Positions 42,501 through 55,706 of a stretch of 64,000 nucleotides of DNA are shown here, piece after piece (the first letter of the stretch is position 1; every line of letters starts with the position of its first letter). This DNA is from Eledone cirrhosa. Its lineage: Eukaryota. The DNA lies in the NCBI GenBank assembly GCA_964016885.1, contig OZ024741.1, positions 7,130,001 through 7,194,000 on the forward strand, given 5' to 3'. The notes under the pieces were generated by a model, which ran no database searches, was not told where the DNA came from, and saw only the letters and a program-made list of their open reading frames with translations. A program made the position numbers and the translations under genes.

Positions 42501-45500
42501 TTTAAAGTAGGAAATTAGGTGGAAGGTATAAATAGGTTTAAACTAGGAGTGTTAGGTGGAGGTATAAACAGGTTTAAACTAGGAAAGTTAGGTGAAGGGT
42601 ATAAATAGGTTTAAAGTAGGAATGTTAGGTGAACGGTATAAATAGGTTTAAAGTAGGAAAGTTAGGTGAAGGTTATAAACAGGTTTAAACAAGGAATGTC
42701 AGGTGCAGGGTATAAACAGGTTTAAACTAGGAATGTTAGGTGAAGGGTATAAATATGTTTAAACTAGGAGTGTTAGGTGAAGGCTATAAATAGGTTTAAA
42801 CTAGGAAAGTTAGGTGGAGGGTATAAACAGGTTTAAACTAGGAATGTTAGGTGGAGGGTATAAAAAGGTTTAAACTAGAAAAGTTAGGTGGAGGGTATAA
42901 ATAGGTTTAAACTAGGAATGTTAGGTGGAGGGTATAAAAAGGTTTAAACTTGGAAAGTTAAGTGGAGGGTATAAATAGGTTATAACTAGGAGTGTTAGGT
43001 GGAGGGTATAAATAGGTTTAAACTAGGAAAGTTAGGTGGAGGGTATAAACAGGTTTAAACTAGAAATGTTAGGTAGAGGGTAGAAATAGGTTTAAAGTAG
43101 GAATGTTAGATGGTGGGTATAAACAGGTTTAAAGTAGGAATGTTAGGTGAAGGGTATAAATAGGTTATAACTACGAGTGTTAGGTGGTGGGTATAAATTG
43201 GTTTAAACTAGGAGTGTTAGGTGGAGGGTATAAACAGGTTTAAACTAGGAGTGTTAGATGAAGGCCATAAAGAGGTTTAAACTAGGAATATTAGGTGGAG
43301 GGTATAAATAGGTTTAAACTAGGAATGTGAGTTTGAGGTTAAAAATAGGTTTAAACTAGGAATGTTAGGTGGAGGGTATAAACAGGTTTAAACTAGGAAT
43401 GTTAGGTGGAGGGTATAAACAGGTTTAAACTAGGAGTGTTTGGTAGAGGGTATAAACAGGTTTAAAGTAGGAATGTTAGGTAGAGGGTATAAATAGGTTT
43501 AAACTAGGAATGTTAGGTGGAGGGTATAAACAGGTTTAAACTAGGAATGTTAGGTGGAGGGTATAAATAGGTTTAAACTAGGAATGTTAGGTGGAAGGTA
43601 TAAACAATTTTAAACTAGGAATGTTAGGTAGAGGGTATAAATAGGTTTAAAGTAGGAATGTTAGGTGGTGGGTATAAATAGGTTTAAACTAGGAATGTTA
43701 TGTAGAGGGTATAAATAGGTTTAAAGTAGGAATGTTAGGTAGAGGATATAAACAGGTTTAAAGTAGGAATGTTAGGTAGAGGGTATAAATAGGTTTAAAC
43801 TAGGAATGTTAGGTAGAGGGTATAAATAGGTTTAAACTAGGAAAGTTAGGTGGAGTGTATAAACAGGTTTAAACTAGGAGTGTTAGGTGGAGGGTATAAA
43901 CAGGTTTAAACTAGGAAATTAGGTGGAAGGTATAAATAGGTTTAAACTTGGAGTGTTAGGTGGAGGTATAAACAGGTTTAAACTAGGAAAGTTAGGTGAA
44001 GGGTATAAATAGGTTTAAAGTAGGAATGTTAGGTGAACGGTATAAATAGGTTTAAAGTAGGAAAGTTAGGTGAAGGGTATAAATAGGTTTAAACAAGGAA
44101 TGTCAGGTGCAGGGTATAAACAGGTTTAAACTAGGAATGTTAGGTGAAGGGTATAAATATGTTTAAACTAGGAGTGTTAGGTAGAAGGTATAAATAGTTT
44201 TAAACTAGGAATATTAGGTGGAGGGTATAAACAAGTTTAAACTAGGAGTGTTAGGTGAAGGCTATAAATAGGTTTAAACTAGCAATGTCAGGTGCAGGAT
44301 ATAAATAGGTTTAAACTAGGAATGTTAGGTGGAGGGTATATATAGGTTTAAACTAGGAATGTTAGGTGAAAGGTATAAATAGGTTTAAACTAGCAATGTT
44401 AGGTAGAGCGTATAAATAGGTTTAAACTAGGAATATTATGTGGAGGGTATAAACAGGTTTAAAGTAGGAATGTTAGGTGGAGGGTATAAATAGGTTTAAA
44501 GTAGGAATGTTAGGTTGAGGGTATAAACAGGTTTACACTAGGAATGTTAGGTGGAGGGTATAAATAGGTTTAAACTAGGAATGTAAGGTGGATGGTATAA
44601 ACAGTTTTAAACTAGGAATGTTAGGTGGAGGGTATAAATAGGTTTAAACTAGGAATGTTAGGTGGAGGGTATAAATATGTTTAAACTAGTAATGTTAGGT
44701 AGAAGGTATAAATAGGTTTAAACTAGGAATGTTAGGTGGAGGGTATAAATAGGTTTATACTAGGAGTGTTAGGTGGAGGGTATAAATAGGTTTAAACTAT
44801 GAATGTTAGGTGGAGGGTTTAAAGAGTTTTAAACTAGGAATGTTAGGTAGAGGTTATAAACAGGTTTAAAGTAGGAATGTTAGGTGGAGGGTATAAATAG
44901 GTTTAAACTAGGAATGTTAGGTAGAGGGTATAAACAGGTTTAAACTAGGAATGTTAGATAGAGTGTATAAATAGGTTTAAACTAGGAATGTTCGGTGGAG
45001 GGCATAAACAGGTTTGAACTAGAAATGTTATGTAGAGGGTATAAACAGGTTTAAATTAGGAATGTTAGGTTGAGGGTATAAATAGGTTTAAAGTAGGAAT
45101 GTTAGGTGAAGGGTATAAACCGGTTCAAAGTAGGAAAGTTAGGTGGACGGTATAAATAGGTTTAAAGTAGGAATGTTAGGTGAAGGGTATAAATAGGTTT
45201 AAACAAGGAATGTCAGGTGCAGGGTATAAACAGGTTTAAACTAGGAATGTTAGATAGAGTGTATAAATAGGTTTAAACTAGGAATGTTCGGTGGAGGGCA
45301 TAAACAGGTTTGAAGTAGAAATGTTATGTAGAGGGTATAAACAGGTTTAAAGTAGGAATGTTAGGTAGAGGGTATAAATAGGTTTAAACTAGGAAAGTTA
45401 GGTGAAGGGTATAAATAGGTTTAAAGTAGGAATGTTAGGTGAAGGGTATAAATAGGTTTAAACAAGGAATGTTAGGTGGAGGGTATATATAGGTTTAAAC

Positions 45501-48500
45501 TAGGAATGTTAGGTGAAGGGTATAAACAGGTTTAATCTAGGAATGTTAGGTGGAGGGTATAAACAGGTTTAAACTAGGGGTGTTAGGTGGAGGGTATAAA
45601 CAGGTTTAAATTAGGAAAGTTAGGTGGAGTGTATAAACAGGTTTAAACTAGGAGTGTTAGGTGGAGGGTATAAACAGGTTTAAACTAGGAAATTAGGTGG
45701 AAGGTATAAATAGGTTTAAACTAGGAGTGTTAGGTGGAGGTATAAACAGGTTTAAACTAGGAAAGTTAGGTGAAGGGTATAAATAGGTTTAAAGTAGGAA
45801 TGTTAGGTGAACGGTATAAATAGGTTTAAAGTAGGAAAGTTAGGTGAAGGGTATAAATAGGTTTAAACAAGGAATGTCAGGTGCAGGGTATAAACAGGTT
45901 TAAACTAGGAATGTTAGGTAGAGGGTATAAATAGGTTTAAAGTAGCAATGTTAGGTAGAGGGTATAAACAGGTTTAAACTAGGAATGTTAGGTAGAGGGT
46001 ATAAATAGGTTTAAAGTAGGAATGTTAGGTTGAGGGTATAAACAGTTTTAAACTAGGAATGTTAGGTAGCGGGTATAAACAGGTTTAATGTAGGAATGTT
46101 AGGTAGAGGGTATAAATAGGTTTAAACTAGGAATGTTAGGTAGAGGGTATAAATAGGTTTAAACTAGGAAAGTTAGGTGGAGTGTATGAACAGGTTTAAA
46201 CTAGGAGTGTTAGGTGGAGGGTATAAACAGGTTTAAACTAGGAAATTAGGTGGAAGGTATAAATAGGTTTAAACTAGGAGTGTTAGGTGGAGGTATAAAC
46301 AGGTTTAAACTAGGAAAGTTAGGTGAAGGGTATAAATAGGTTTAAAGTAGGAATGTTAGGTGAACGGTATAAATAGGTTTAAAGTAGGAAAGTTAGGTGA
46401 AGGTTATAAACAGGTTTAAACAAGGAATGTCAGGTGCAGGGTATAAACAGGTTTAAACTAGGAATGTTAGGTGAAGGGTATAAATATGTTTAAACTAGGA
46501 GTGTTAGGTGAAGGCTATAAATAGGTTTAAAGTAGGAAAGTTAGGTGAAGGGTATAAATAGGTTTAAACAAGGAATGTCAGGTGCAGGGTATAAACAGGT
46601 TTAAACTAGGAATGTTAGGTGGAGGGTATAAAAAGGTTTAAACTAGAAAAGTTAGGTGGAGGGTATAAATAGGTTTAAACTAGGAATGTTAGGTGGAGGG
46701 AATAAAAAGGTTTAAACTTGGAAAGTTAAGTGGAGGGTATAAATAGGTTATAACTAGGAGTGTTAGGTGGAGGGTATAAATAGGTTTAAACTAGGAAAGT
46801 TAGGTGGAGGGTATAAATAGGTTTAAACTAGGAAAGTTAGGTGGAGGGTATAAATAGGTTTAAACTAGGAGTGTTAGGTGGAGGGTATAAATAGGTTTAA
46901 ACTAGGAGTGTTAGGTGAACGGTATAAATAGGTTTAATGTAGGAAAGTTAGGTGAAGTGTATAAATAGGTTTAAACAAGGAATGTCAGGTGCAGGGTATA
47001 AACAGGTTTAAACTAGGAATGTTAGATGAAGGGTATAAATATGTTTAAACTAGGAATGTCAGGTAGAAGGTATAAATAGGTTTAAACTAGGAATATTAGG
47101 TGGAGGGTATAAATAAGTTTAAACTAAGAGTGTTAGGTGAAGGCTATAAATAGGTTTAAACTAGCAATGTCAGGTGCAGGATATAAATAGGTTTAAACTA
47201 GGAATGTTAGGTGGAGAGTATAAACAGGTTTAAACTAGGAATGTTAGGTGAAGGGTATAAATAGGTTTAAACTAGGAATGTTAGGTAGAGCGTATAAATA
47301 GGTTTAATCTAGGAATATTATGTGGAGGGTATAAACATGTTTAAAGTAGGAATGTTAGGTGGAGGGTATAATTAGGTTTAAACTAGGAAAGTTAAGTGGA
47401 GGGTATAAATACGTTATAACTAGGAGTGTTAGGTGGAGGGTATTAATAGGTTTAAACTAGGAAAGTTAGGTGGAGGGTATAAATAGGTTTAAACTTGGAG
47501 TATTAGGTGGAGGGTATAAATAGGTTTAAACTAGGAAAGTTAGGTGGAGGGTATAAATAGGTTTAAACTAGGAGTGTTAGGTGGAGGGTATAAATAGGTT
47601 TAAACTAGGAAAGTTATGTGGAAGGTATAAATAGGTTTAAACTAGGAGTGTTAGGTGGAGGGTATAAATAGGTTTAAACTAGGAAAGTTATGTGGAAGGT
47701 ATAAAAGGTTTAAACTAGGAAAGTTAGGTGAAGGGTATAAATATGTTTCAACTAGGAATGTTAGGTGAAGGGTATAAACAGGTTTAAACTAGGAATGTTA
47801 GGTAGAGGGTATAAACAGGTTTAAAGTAGGAATGTTAGGTAGAGGGTATAAATAGGTTTAAAGTAGGAATGTTAGGTAGAGGGTATAAACAGGTTTAAAC
47901 TAGGAATGTTATGTGAAGGGTATAAATAGGTTTAAACTAGGAATGTTAGGTAGAGGGTATAAACAGGTTTAAACTAGGAATGTTAGGTGAAGGGTATAAA
48001 TATGTTTCAACTAGGAATGTTAGGTGAAGGGTATAAACAGGTTTAAACTAGGAATGTTAGGTAGAGCGTATAAATAGGTTTAAACTAGGAATATTATGTG
48101 GAGGATATAAACAGGTTTAAAGTAGGAATGTTAGGTGGAGGGTATAAACAGGTTTAAACTAGGAAAGTTAAGTGGAGGGTATAAATACGTTATAACTAGG
48201 AGTGTTAGGTGGAGGGTATAAACAGGTTTAAACTAGGAAAGTTAGGTGGAGGGTATAAATAGGTTTAAACTAGGAGTGTTAGGTGGAGGGTATAAACAGG
48301 TTTAAACTCGGAAAGTTAGGTGGAGGGTATAAATAGGTTTAAACTAGGAGTGTTAGGTGGAGGGTATAAATAGGTTTAAACTAGGAAAGTTAGGTGGAAG
48401 GTATAAATAGGTTTAAACTAGGAGTGTTAGGTGTAGGTATAAACAGGTTTAAACTAGGAAAGTTAGGTGAAGGGTATAAACAGATTTAAAGTAGGAATGT

Positions 48501-49130
48501 TAGGTAGAGGGTATAGACAGGTTTAAACTATGAATGTTATGTGAAGGGTATAAATAGGTTTAAACTAGGAATGTTAGGTAGAGGGTATAAACAGGTTTAA
48601 ACAAGGAATGTCAGGTGCAGGGTATAAACAGGTTTAAACTAGGAATGTTATGTGAAGGGTATAAACAGGTTTAAACTAGGAATGTTAAGTAGAGGGTATA
48701 AATAGGTTTAAACAAGGAATGTCAGGTGCAGGGTATAAACAGGTTTCAACTAGGAATGTTAGGTGATGGGTATAAATATGTTTAAACTAAAAGTGTTAGG
48801 TAGAAGGTATAAATAGTTTTAAACTAGGAATATTAGGTGGAGGGTATAAACAAGTTTAAACTAGGAGTGTTAGGTGAAGTCTATAAATAGGTTTAAACTA
48901 GCAATGTCAGGTGCAGGGTATAAATAGGTTTAAACTAGGAATGTTAGGTGGAGGGTATAAATAGGTTTAAACTAGGAATGTTAGGTAGAGGGTATAAACA
49001 GGTTTAAACTAGGAATGTTAGGTGGAGGGTATAAACAGGTTTAAACTAGGAATGTTAGGTGAAGGGTATAAATAGGTTTAAACTAGGAATGTTAGGTAGA
49101 GCGTATAAATAGGTTTAAACTAGGAAAGTT

Positions 49131-49577
49131 TCTCTAGCTGTCTTGACACCACAGACGAGATTTCTGACTATGTTGACACCACAGACGAGATTTCTGACTA
49201 TGCTGACACCACAGACGAGATTTATGACTATGCTAACACCACAGACGAGATCTCTAACTGTGTTGACACCACACATAAGATCTTTGACTGTATTGACACC
49301 ACATACGAGATTTATGACTGTGTTGACACCACACACGAGATTTCTGACTGTCTTGACACCACAGACGAGATTTTTGAATGTGTTGACACCACACACGAGA
49401 TTTCTGACTGCCTTGACACCACAGGCGAGATTTCTGACTGTGTTGACACCACAGACGAGATTTCTGACTGTGTTGACACCACAGACGAGATTTCTGACTG
49501 TGTTGACACCACAGACGAGATTTCTGACTGTGTTGACATCACACACGAGATCTCTGTGTTGACACCACACACGAGAT
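49131..49577 (+). repeat. 30-bp minisatellite, about 15 units
   Basis: Unit TTTCTGACTGTGTTGACACCACAGACGAGA; 14 full units (49131-49550) and one shortened unit. Confidence 0.97.
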
Positions 49578-50133
49578 GGCTCATGGCTCTCAGAACCATA
49601 ACAGTTGTCACAAACTCTGTGTGTATGACTGTTGGAACGCCTAAAGGGTCTCTGCATAAAAATTTGCCATTTCTTCGGTTGAATTTTTAGTCATGATTAA
49701 AGTTTTTCTCTGCAGAGAAAATCTAAAGCATCTCAGGCTCTTGATGTTTCAGCTTGATCAAGAAGCCCTTTGTATGGACCAGACGGTTATCTTTTACCTT
49801 TGCATACATCAATTGGCCTCTCCGTATCACAAATAATTTGTATAGAAGGTCATGCACAATTCTCCTAATAGTGGACTTTGAAACTTGAGCGCCTTATCAA
49901 TGGTGCTAATTGATATTCTGGGGTTCTAATGGATAATTTTCTGTACTTTTCCTGGTGGTATTAAGACCCCTAGAAAGTGTTTTACACTTGACTGTTGTAG
50001 CTTCCAGCTTATTGAAAATGTTGGCAAAAAACGACTGAGCAGCTTCCAGGAAGTGAGTTACCTCTAAATCACTCCGCTCCGCCTTTAAGGCAACGATTAC
50101 AGCATGTAGGGCTAGTTTGATGTCTGTCATCAT
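49576..50133 (-). pseudogene. Decayed Tc1/mariner-superfamily transposase (N-terminal half; probably DD37D/maT-like)
   Basis: Manual minus-strand translation: MTDIKL..HAVIVALKAERSDLEVTHFL, then QVSKSTIRRIVHDLLYKLFVIRRGQLM...KLKHQEPEML*IFSAEKNFNHD*KFNRRNGKFLCRDPLGVPTVIHTEFVTTVMVLRAMS. This matches the HTH, WFFSDEKxF and KFPxxVMVxG motifs. It has stops and a frameshift, and the first catalytic D is changed to A. Confidence 0.82.
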
Positions 50134-50307
50134 TTATCTGAATAGAAATTATAATCAGAACAAGTTAGAGGGAAATTTGAGCTATTAAAAGACGTTATCA
50201 AAGAACTGAGTAACCGAGAACGTAATGGGTGTCTGTTTGTGTAGGCGTATGTGTATGAGTGTGTGTACCAGTGTGTTTATGTGTATGTGTGTGATTATAT
50301 ATATATA

Positions 50308-50754
50308 TCATTGCTGTAGTGGAGTCTGTGCTGCTGTATGGGTCTGAGACTTGGACAATGACCAAGAGACTCACTCAGATGGTGGATGGGTGCTACACGA
50401 GAATGCTGAGGATGGCTCTGAACATTAATCAGTATACACTGAGGATGAAAAACTCAGAGCTGTATAGGAGCATCCCAAAAGTCAGCTCAAAAGTGACACA
50501 GAGGAGACTGAGGTTGGCTGGATATGCTCACCGACATCCAGAGTTGACATTGCACTCAGTGCTCCTTTGGGAGCCCCTACATGGACACACTAGAAGAGGA
50601 AGACCAAGGTTAACATATGTTGATGCCCTAAGGACAGACACTGGTCTGTTGGAGACGCAGGACATGGCAGCGATAATGAGGGACAGAGACCGCTGGAGAG
50701 AACTCGTCCATGGATCTCGGGAATTTTACCCGCCTTAGATAGATAGATAGATAT
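50308..50754 (+). mobile_element. 5'-truncated RTE-clade LINE (ORF2 C-terminus)
   Basis: ORF 50319-50738 with VESVLLYGSETW, YTRMLR, RRLRLAG.H.RH, RRGRPRLTY and DRDRWR motifs, followed by a (TAGA)n tail; lies in a TA/GT tract. Confidence 0.9.
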
Positions 50755-50832
50755 ATGTGTGTATATCTTTGTATGTGTCCATATATTTGTTTATCTATCT
50801 ATATATACGCATGTGTGTGTATGCGCCAGAAT

Positions 50833-51072
50833 GTATATATATATATATATATATATGCAAGTGTATATATATATATATATATATATATGATATGCAAGTG
50901 TATATATATATAATATATATGCAAGTGTATATATATATATATATATGATATGCAAGTGTATATATATATATAATATATATGCAAGTGTATATATATATAT
51001 ATATATATATGATATGCAAGTGTATATATATATATAATATATATGCAAGTGTATATATATATATATATATAT
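50833..51072. repeat. Compound (TA)n repeat punctuated by (GATAT)GCAAGTG
   Basis: Seven GCAAGTG motifs separated by variable (TA)n runs. Confidence 0.95.
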
Positions 51073-51398
51073 AGTAAGGTGCAATATTGGTTGTGTAAAA
51101 AGGTCCAATAATTTTATGTTAGCCATATTAAGTTCTCCACGCTTTTGTATATCTCCAATTCCATTCGAGGGAACAGCTAGATGGTGTAAAACGGAGTATA
51201 AGTATCAAAATGAAAATCCGAAGGCAAGGTAAAATTCCAATCATTTAATCACGACACATGTTTCAATAAGAGATAGATCGATTGTGAAGCCACGATCGAT
51301 TATCACTGATCTCATCAGGTGAAAATGAATTGTCTTGAAACATATGTCGTGATTAAATGATTGGAATTTTACCTTGCCTTCGGATTTTCATTTTGATA
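51073..51398 (-). mobile_element. Probable Penelope-like element terminus with inverted partial copy
   Basis: 64-bp inverted repeat (51203-51266 / 51335-51398, one mismatch) overlapping a hammerhead motif; the segment ends in (TA)n. Confidence 0.65.
51249..51322 (-). ncRNA. Minimal type I hammerhead ribozyme motif
   Basis: UCAC-CUGAUGA-[long stem II]-GAAA-CAUGUG-UC|GUGA; stem I UCAC/GUGA extends to UCAUUU/AAAUGA across a bulge. Confidence 0.75.
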
Positions 51399-51401
51399 TA
51401 T

Positions 51402-51459
<58 letters not shown>

Positions 51460-52546
51460 CCGTTTTACGTCCGTTCTTCCATGCTAGCATGGGTTTGACG
51501 GGTTGTCCTGTTGTGGGCAGTGTCTGGTCGGCTGACCATGCCTTGCTCATACAGGAACTGATTTGGCTTGATTTTTACAGCTGGATGCCCTTCCTAACAC
51601 CAACCTCATTTACAGTGAGTGCTGGGTGCTTTTTCGTGGCGCCTACACGTCCACTTTACTGTGTGGGCTGGGTGCTTTTTGCCGTGGCACCTCCACGACC
51701 ACCTTGCGGTGGGAGGGTGTGGGGGCATATTGTCTATATGCTTCAGCTTGTACCCATGGAAGGTCGGGTACTCTGTATTACTGCGTGACGCCAGAAGTCA
51801 CGGTCGTGTGTCATTGACTTTGAGAGGTGTAGTTGGGTAAGGTCGGCTTTATCACCTCATACCCGGTTCTTCTTGGGTCTCCGCACTCCGCAGTTTCCAT
51901 CGACTTCTAGTGCTCTGCACCTTTTTATGCAGCTGTCATCCTTCATACGCATCACATGTCCATACCAACGCATCCGCCTCTCCTGCACACAGCATTTGAT
52001 TCCTCTTATGCTCAGTCTCTCTCAATTCATTTATGCTTTGTCGTTCGCTTATATTACTATTACACATCCATCGGAGCATGCAGGCTTCGTTTCTCTCTAA
52101 TCTACGTAAGTCTTCCACCTTCAGCGCCCAGGTCTCACTACCATGCAACATCGCTGTTCGGATACACGCATCATACAGTCTGCCTTTCATTTTGAGGGAG
52201 AAGCCTTTTGTAGCTAGCAGTGGTAGCAGTTCCCTGAACTTCTTCCATCCCGTTCTTACTCTAGTTATTGTACTTTCTGAACACCCACCTCCGCTGCTAA
52301 TTCGGTCACCTAGGTAGCAGAAGCTGTCTACTGTCTCTACAGAGCCCTCCCAGAGATTGGTGGTACTTGTTTCCTGTGGCTGTTTGCTGCTTGCTGTTCC
52401 AGTACAGCTGCTGCATGTGAAGCCTACATTCTTAATTAAGCTTCCTGAAATCCCGCTACATCTCTTGTGTACCCATTGTTTGCATTTGGGGCAGAGAATG
52501 GAGTTCCTACCTACACCTTTCCTACATACTGAGCAAGGCCATTTCC
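51402..52546 (-). mobile_element. 5'-truncated RTE-clade LINE with PHD-like zinc finger; (ATG)n tail
   Basis: Minus strand reads KWPCSVCRKGVGRNSILCPKCKQWVHKRCSGI...FTCSSC...VDSFCYLGD.ISSGGGC..RVRTGWKKFRELLPLL..KGRLYDACIRTAMLHGSETW..., with a frameshift near 52016, then RRMRWYGHVMR. (CAT)n tract at 51402-51459. Confidence 0.9.
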
Positions 52547-53181
52547 ATATATATATATATATATATATACTTATACTCGGATTCTTTTCCTTGAGTGCTT
52601 AAATTATCTGTGACTAATCCCTGTTTTTTTAATAAAAACTGCGATAATATTGCTGTTTGCTGAACTCCTTTTGTAGAGTTTTTTCGGAATGTATTTGACT
52701 GTTATTTCTTGTAAACAAACTTTCATTTTTATCCTAGCCCCGTTTTTCCTAATGTGCGTTTTTCATAATCACGCATGATGGTGAACTAGCCAGTTTTAGA
52801 ATTCCCTTTTTGGCTCATAATTCTGTGGTAGCCCTGGTTATCTGTTGAGCTCTGCTGACGATTGAAATCCAACCGTGACCATCTCAACTGAAAGTTTTCA
52901 TGAAATAGTCTTTAAGACTATACAGAGCATTTGATGTTTTTCCAAATTGAAGGATAAGTATTTTAAACTTTATTTTGTCATGAGTTAAGGGTCTATTGAT
53001 TTTTCCCTGGATTTCACTAAATTCTGTGGATGAATTTGTATCCTGATTCTCTTTTGAGATGATTTTGAATTCTTTTTCCTACATCTTACGTTAACTATTT
53101 TTCCCATCTTGACGACATAGTCGCATATATCTTATAGAATACTATTAGCTTCTCGCTAAAACAATTTCTATACCTTTCATT

Positions 53182-54392
<1,211 letters not shown>

Positions 54393-54415
54393 GTAGGAGG
54401 TGAGTTTTATTGTAG

Positions 54416-54781
54416 TACGAATGTAAAGTTATAACTGACACCAATTCCTTCACCTATTTTGGCTCCACTTCCACCTCCTTTAAAGCTCGTCTTTATAATC
54501 ATCATTCGTCTTTTAAATATAAACTTAAAATAACCAACACGGCTCTCTCAGAACTCATATGGTCCTTGAAAGACAAAAATATTAAATATAACATCTCTTG
54601 GAAAAAGGTTTCCTCTGCTTCCTCATACTCGAACAGTTCTCTATCCAAGACTTGCAATCTCTGTCTAAATGAAAAATTTACCATTATTTCTAATTTAGAT
54701 TCTATAATAAATAGACGCACTGACTTGTTTTCTATCTGCTTGCATAAATTCCACAGAACTTTCCATAAAGTATACAGCTAA
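54416..54781 (+). pseudogene. GIY-YIG endonuclease C-terminal fragment of a Penelope-like element
   Basis: [68 protein letters not shown]; in frame with ORF 54566-54781. Confidence 0.85.
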
Positions 54782-54820
54782 TATGATAAACTTTATCAAT
54801 TCAGAATCCTTTTCTCAAAG

Positions 54821-54866
<46 letters not shown>

Positions 54867-55175
54867 TTCTTTAAAAATATACCCATCTTTCTACCTTATT
54901 TCAAAGTTATTTATTATATTTATTATATTCTACATCACTCCTAATTTCTAACCCCTAATCTATACCTTTTCTCACTGTGCCTAACATAGAAACAATTATT
55001 AAACAATACACCATATTCTTACTTCATATCACCTTGAAAAAATCCTTCGTAAACATAAACATTTTTTGACGTTAGATTATTCATCCTCTATTCATTATTT
55101 TTTTCTCCCTTTCATCTAACTTATTCATGCTCATCTCACAATATATCCTTACTTACATTATTTGTGTTTTTATAA

Positions 55176-55365
55176 TAATACATATCAACATTTTCTTTCC
55201 ATCGCACATATTATTAAACCCTTAAATATTATTCTTAATACATATTAACATTTTCTTTCCATCGCACATATTATTAAACCCTTAAATATTATTCTTAATA
55301 ATATTATTCTTAATATTATTCTTAACAATTTCTTTTCATCGCACATATTATTAAACCCTTCAATA
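55176..55365 (+). repeat. 60-bp tandem repeat, about 3 units
   Basis: TTTCTTTYCATCGCACATATTATTAAACCCTT recurs three times. Confidence 0.85.
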
Positions 55366-55706
55366 TACAAACCTTAACTTTACATTATTTTTCTCTTCGT
55401 TAATTTTCAAATTCTTTTAATTTATACATTATCTTCCAACGGTTTTTCAACCTCTCTATGTAAAACAATATATTTTTCTCAGTTATAAAAGCTATCTCTC
55501 TCTATCACCCATCTCTCCTCCTATCTCATCCTTCCTCACTATACTCCTCCCCCTCCACTTTTTACTCTCATCTCCTCCTTTTTTCATCCCCCCCCCCATT
55601 AACATTTTTTTTCCCCCAATAGCACACATCAATCTAAAACTACTTTTCATATGTTGATTTAAAACTGCACTATGCACAAGTGTTTTTTAACCGTCATATC
55701 ATGTCC

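Larger units (their letters stand above)
34100..42510 (+). repeat. about 3.24-kb higher-order repeat, about 2.6 copies; limits approximate
   Basis: Marker TAAGCTAGAAATGTTAGGTACAGAG at 35951, 39190 and 42466 (spacing 3239 and 3276 = 3239+37). GGGTAATAATAGG and AAAGCAGG recur in the same way. Confidence 0.8.
1..49130 (+). repeat. 37-bp tandem satellite array (runs off the left window edge)
   Basis: Continuous head-to-tail monomers of GTGGAGGGTATAAAYAGGTTTAAACTAGGAATGTTAG, period 37, single orientation, G-rich/C-poor plus strand. Interrupted only by nine SINE copies; ends sharply at ...TAGGAAAGTT (49130). Confidence 0.99.

Noticed and set aside
1-49130. CRISPR-like array (37-bp repeat with internal palindrome)
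   Set aside because: Monomers are contiguous with no unique spacers, there are no cas genes, and the context is eukaryotic.
1-49130. True telomere tract
   Set aside because: No runs of TTAGGG or TTAGG; only one TTAGGT per 37-mer.
49115-49657. Repeat proteins (VRNLVCGVNT, TVLTPQTRFL, SEISSVVSTQ)
   Set aside because: The 30-bp unit is a multiple of three and is open on both strands by construction; no gene context.
52579-53181. Possible exon or degraded SINE remnant
   Set aside because: No ORF, splice pattern or promoter boxes that I can support by eye.
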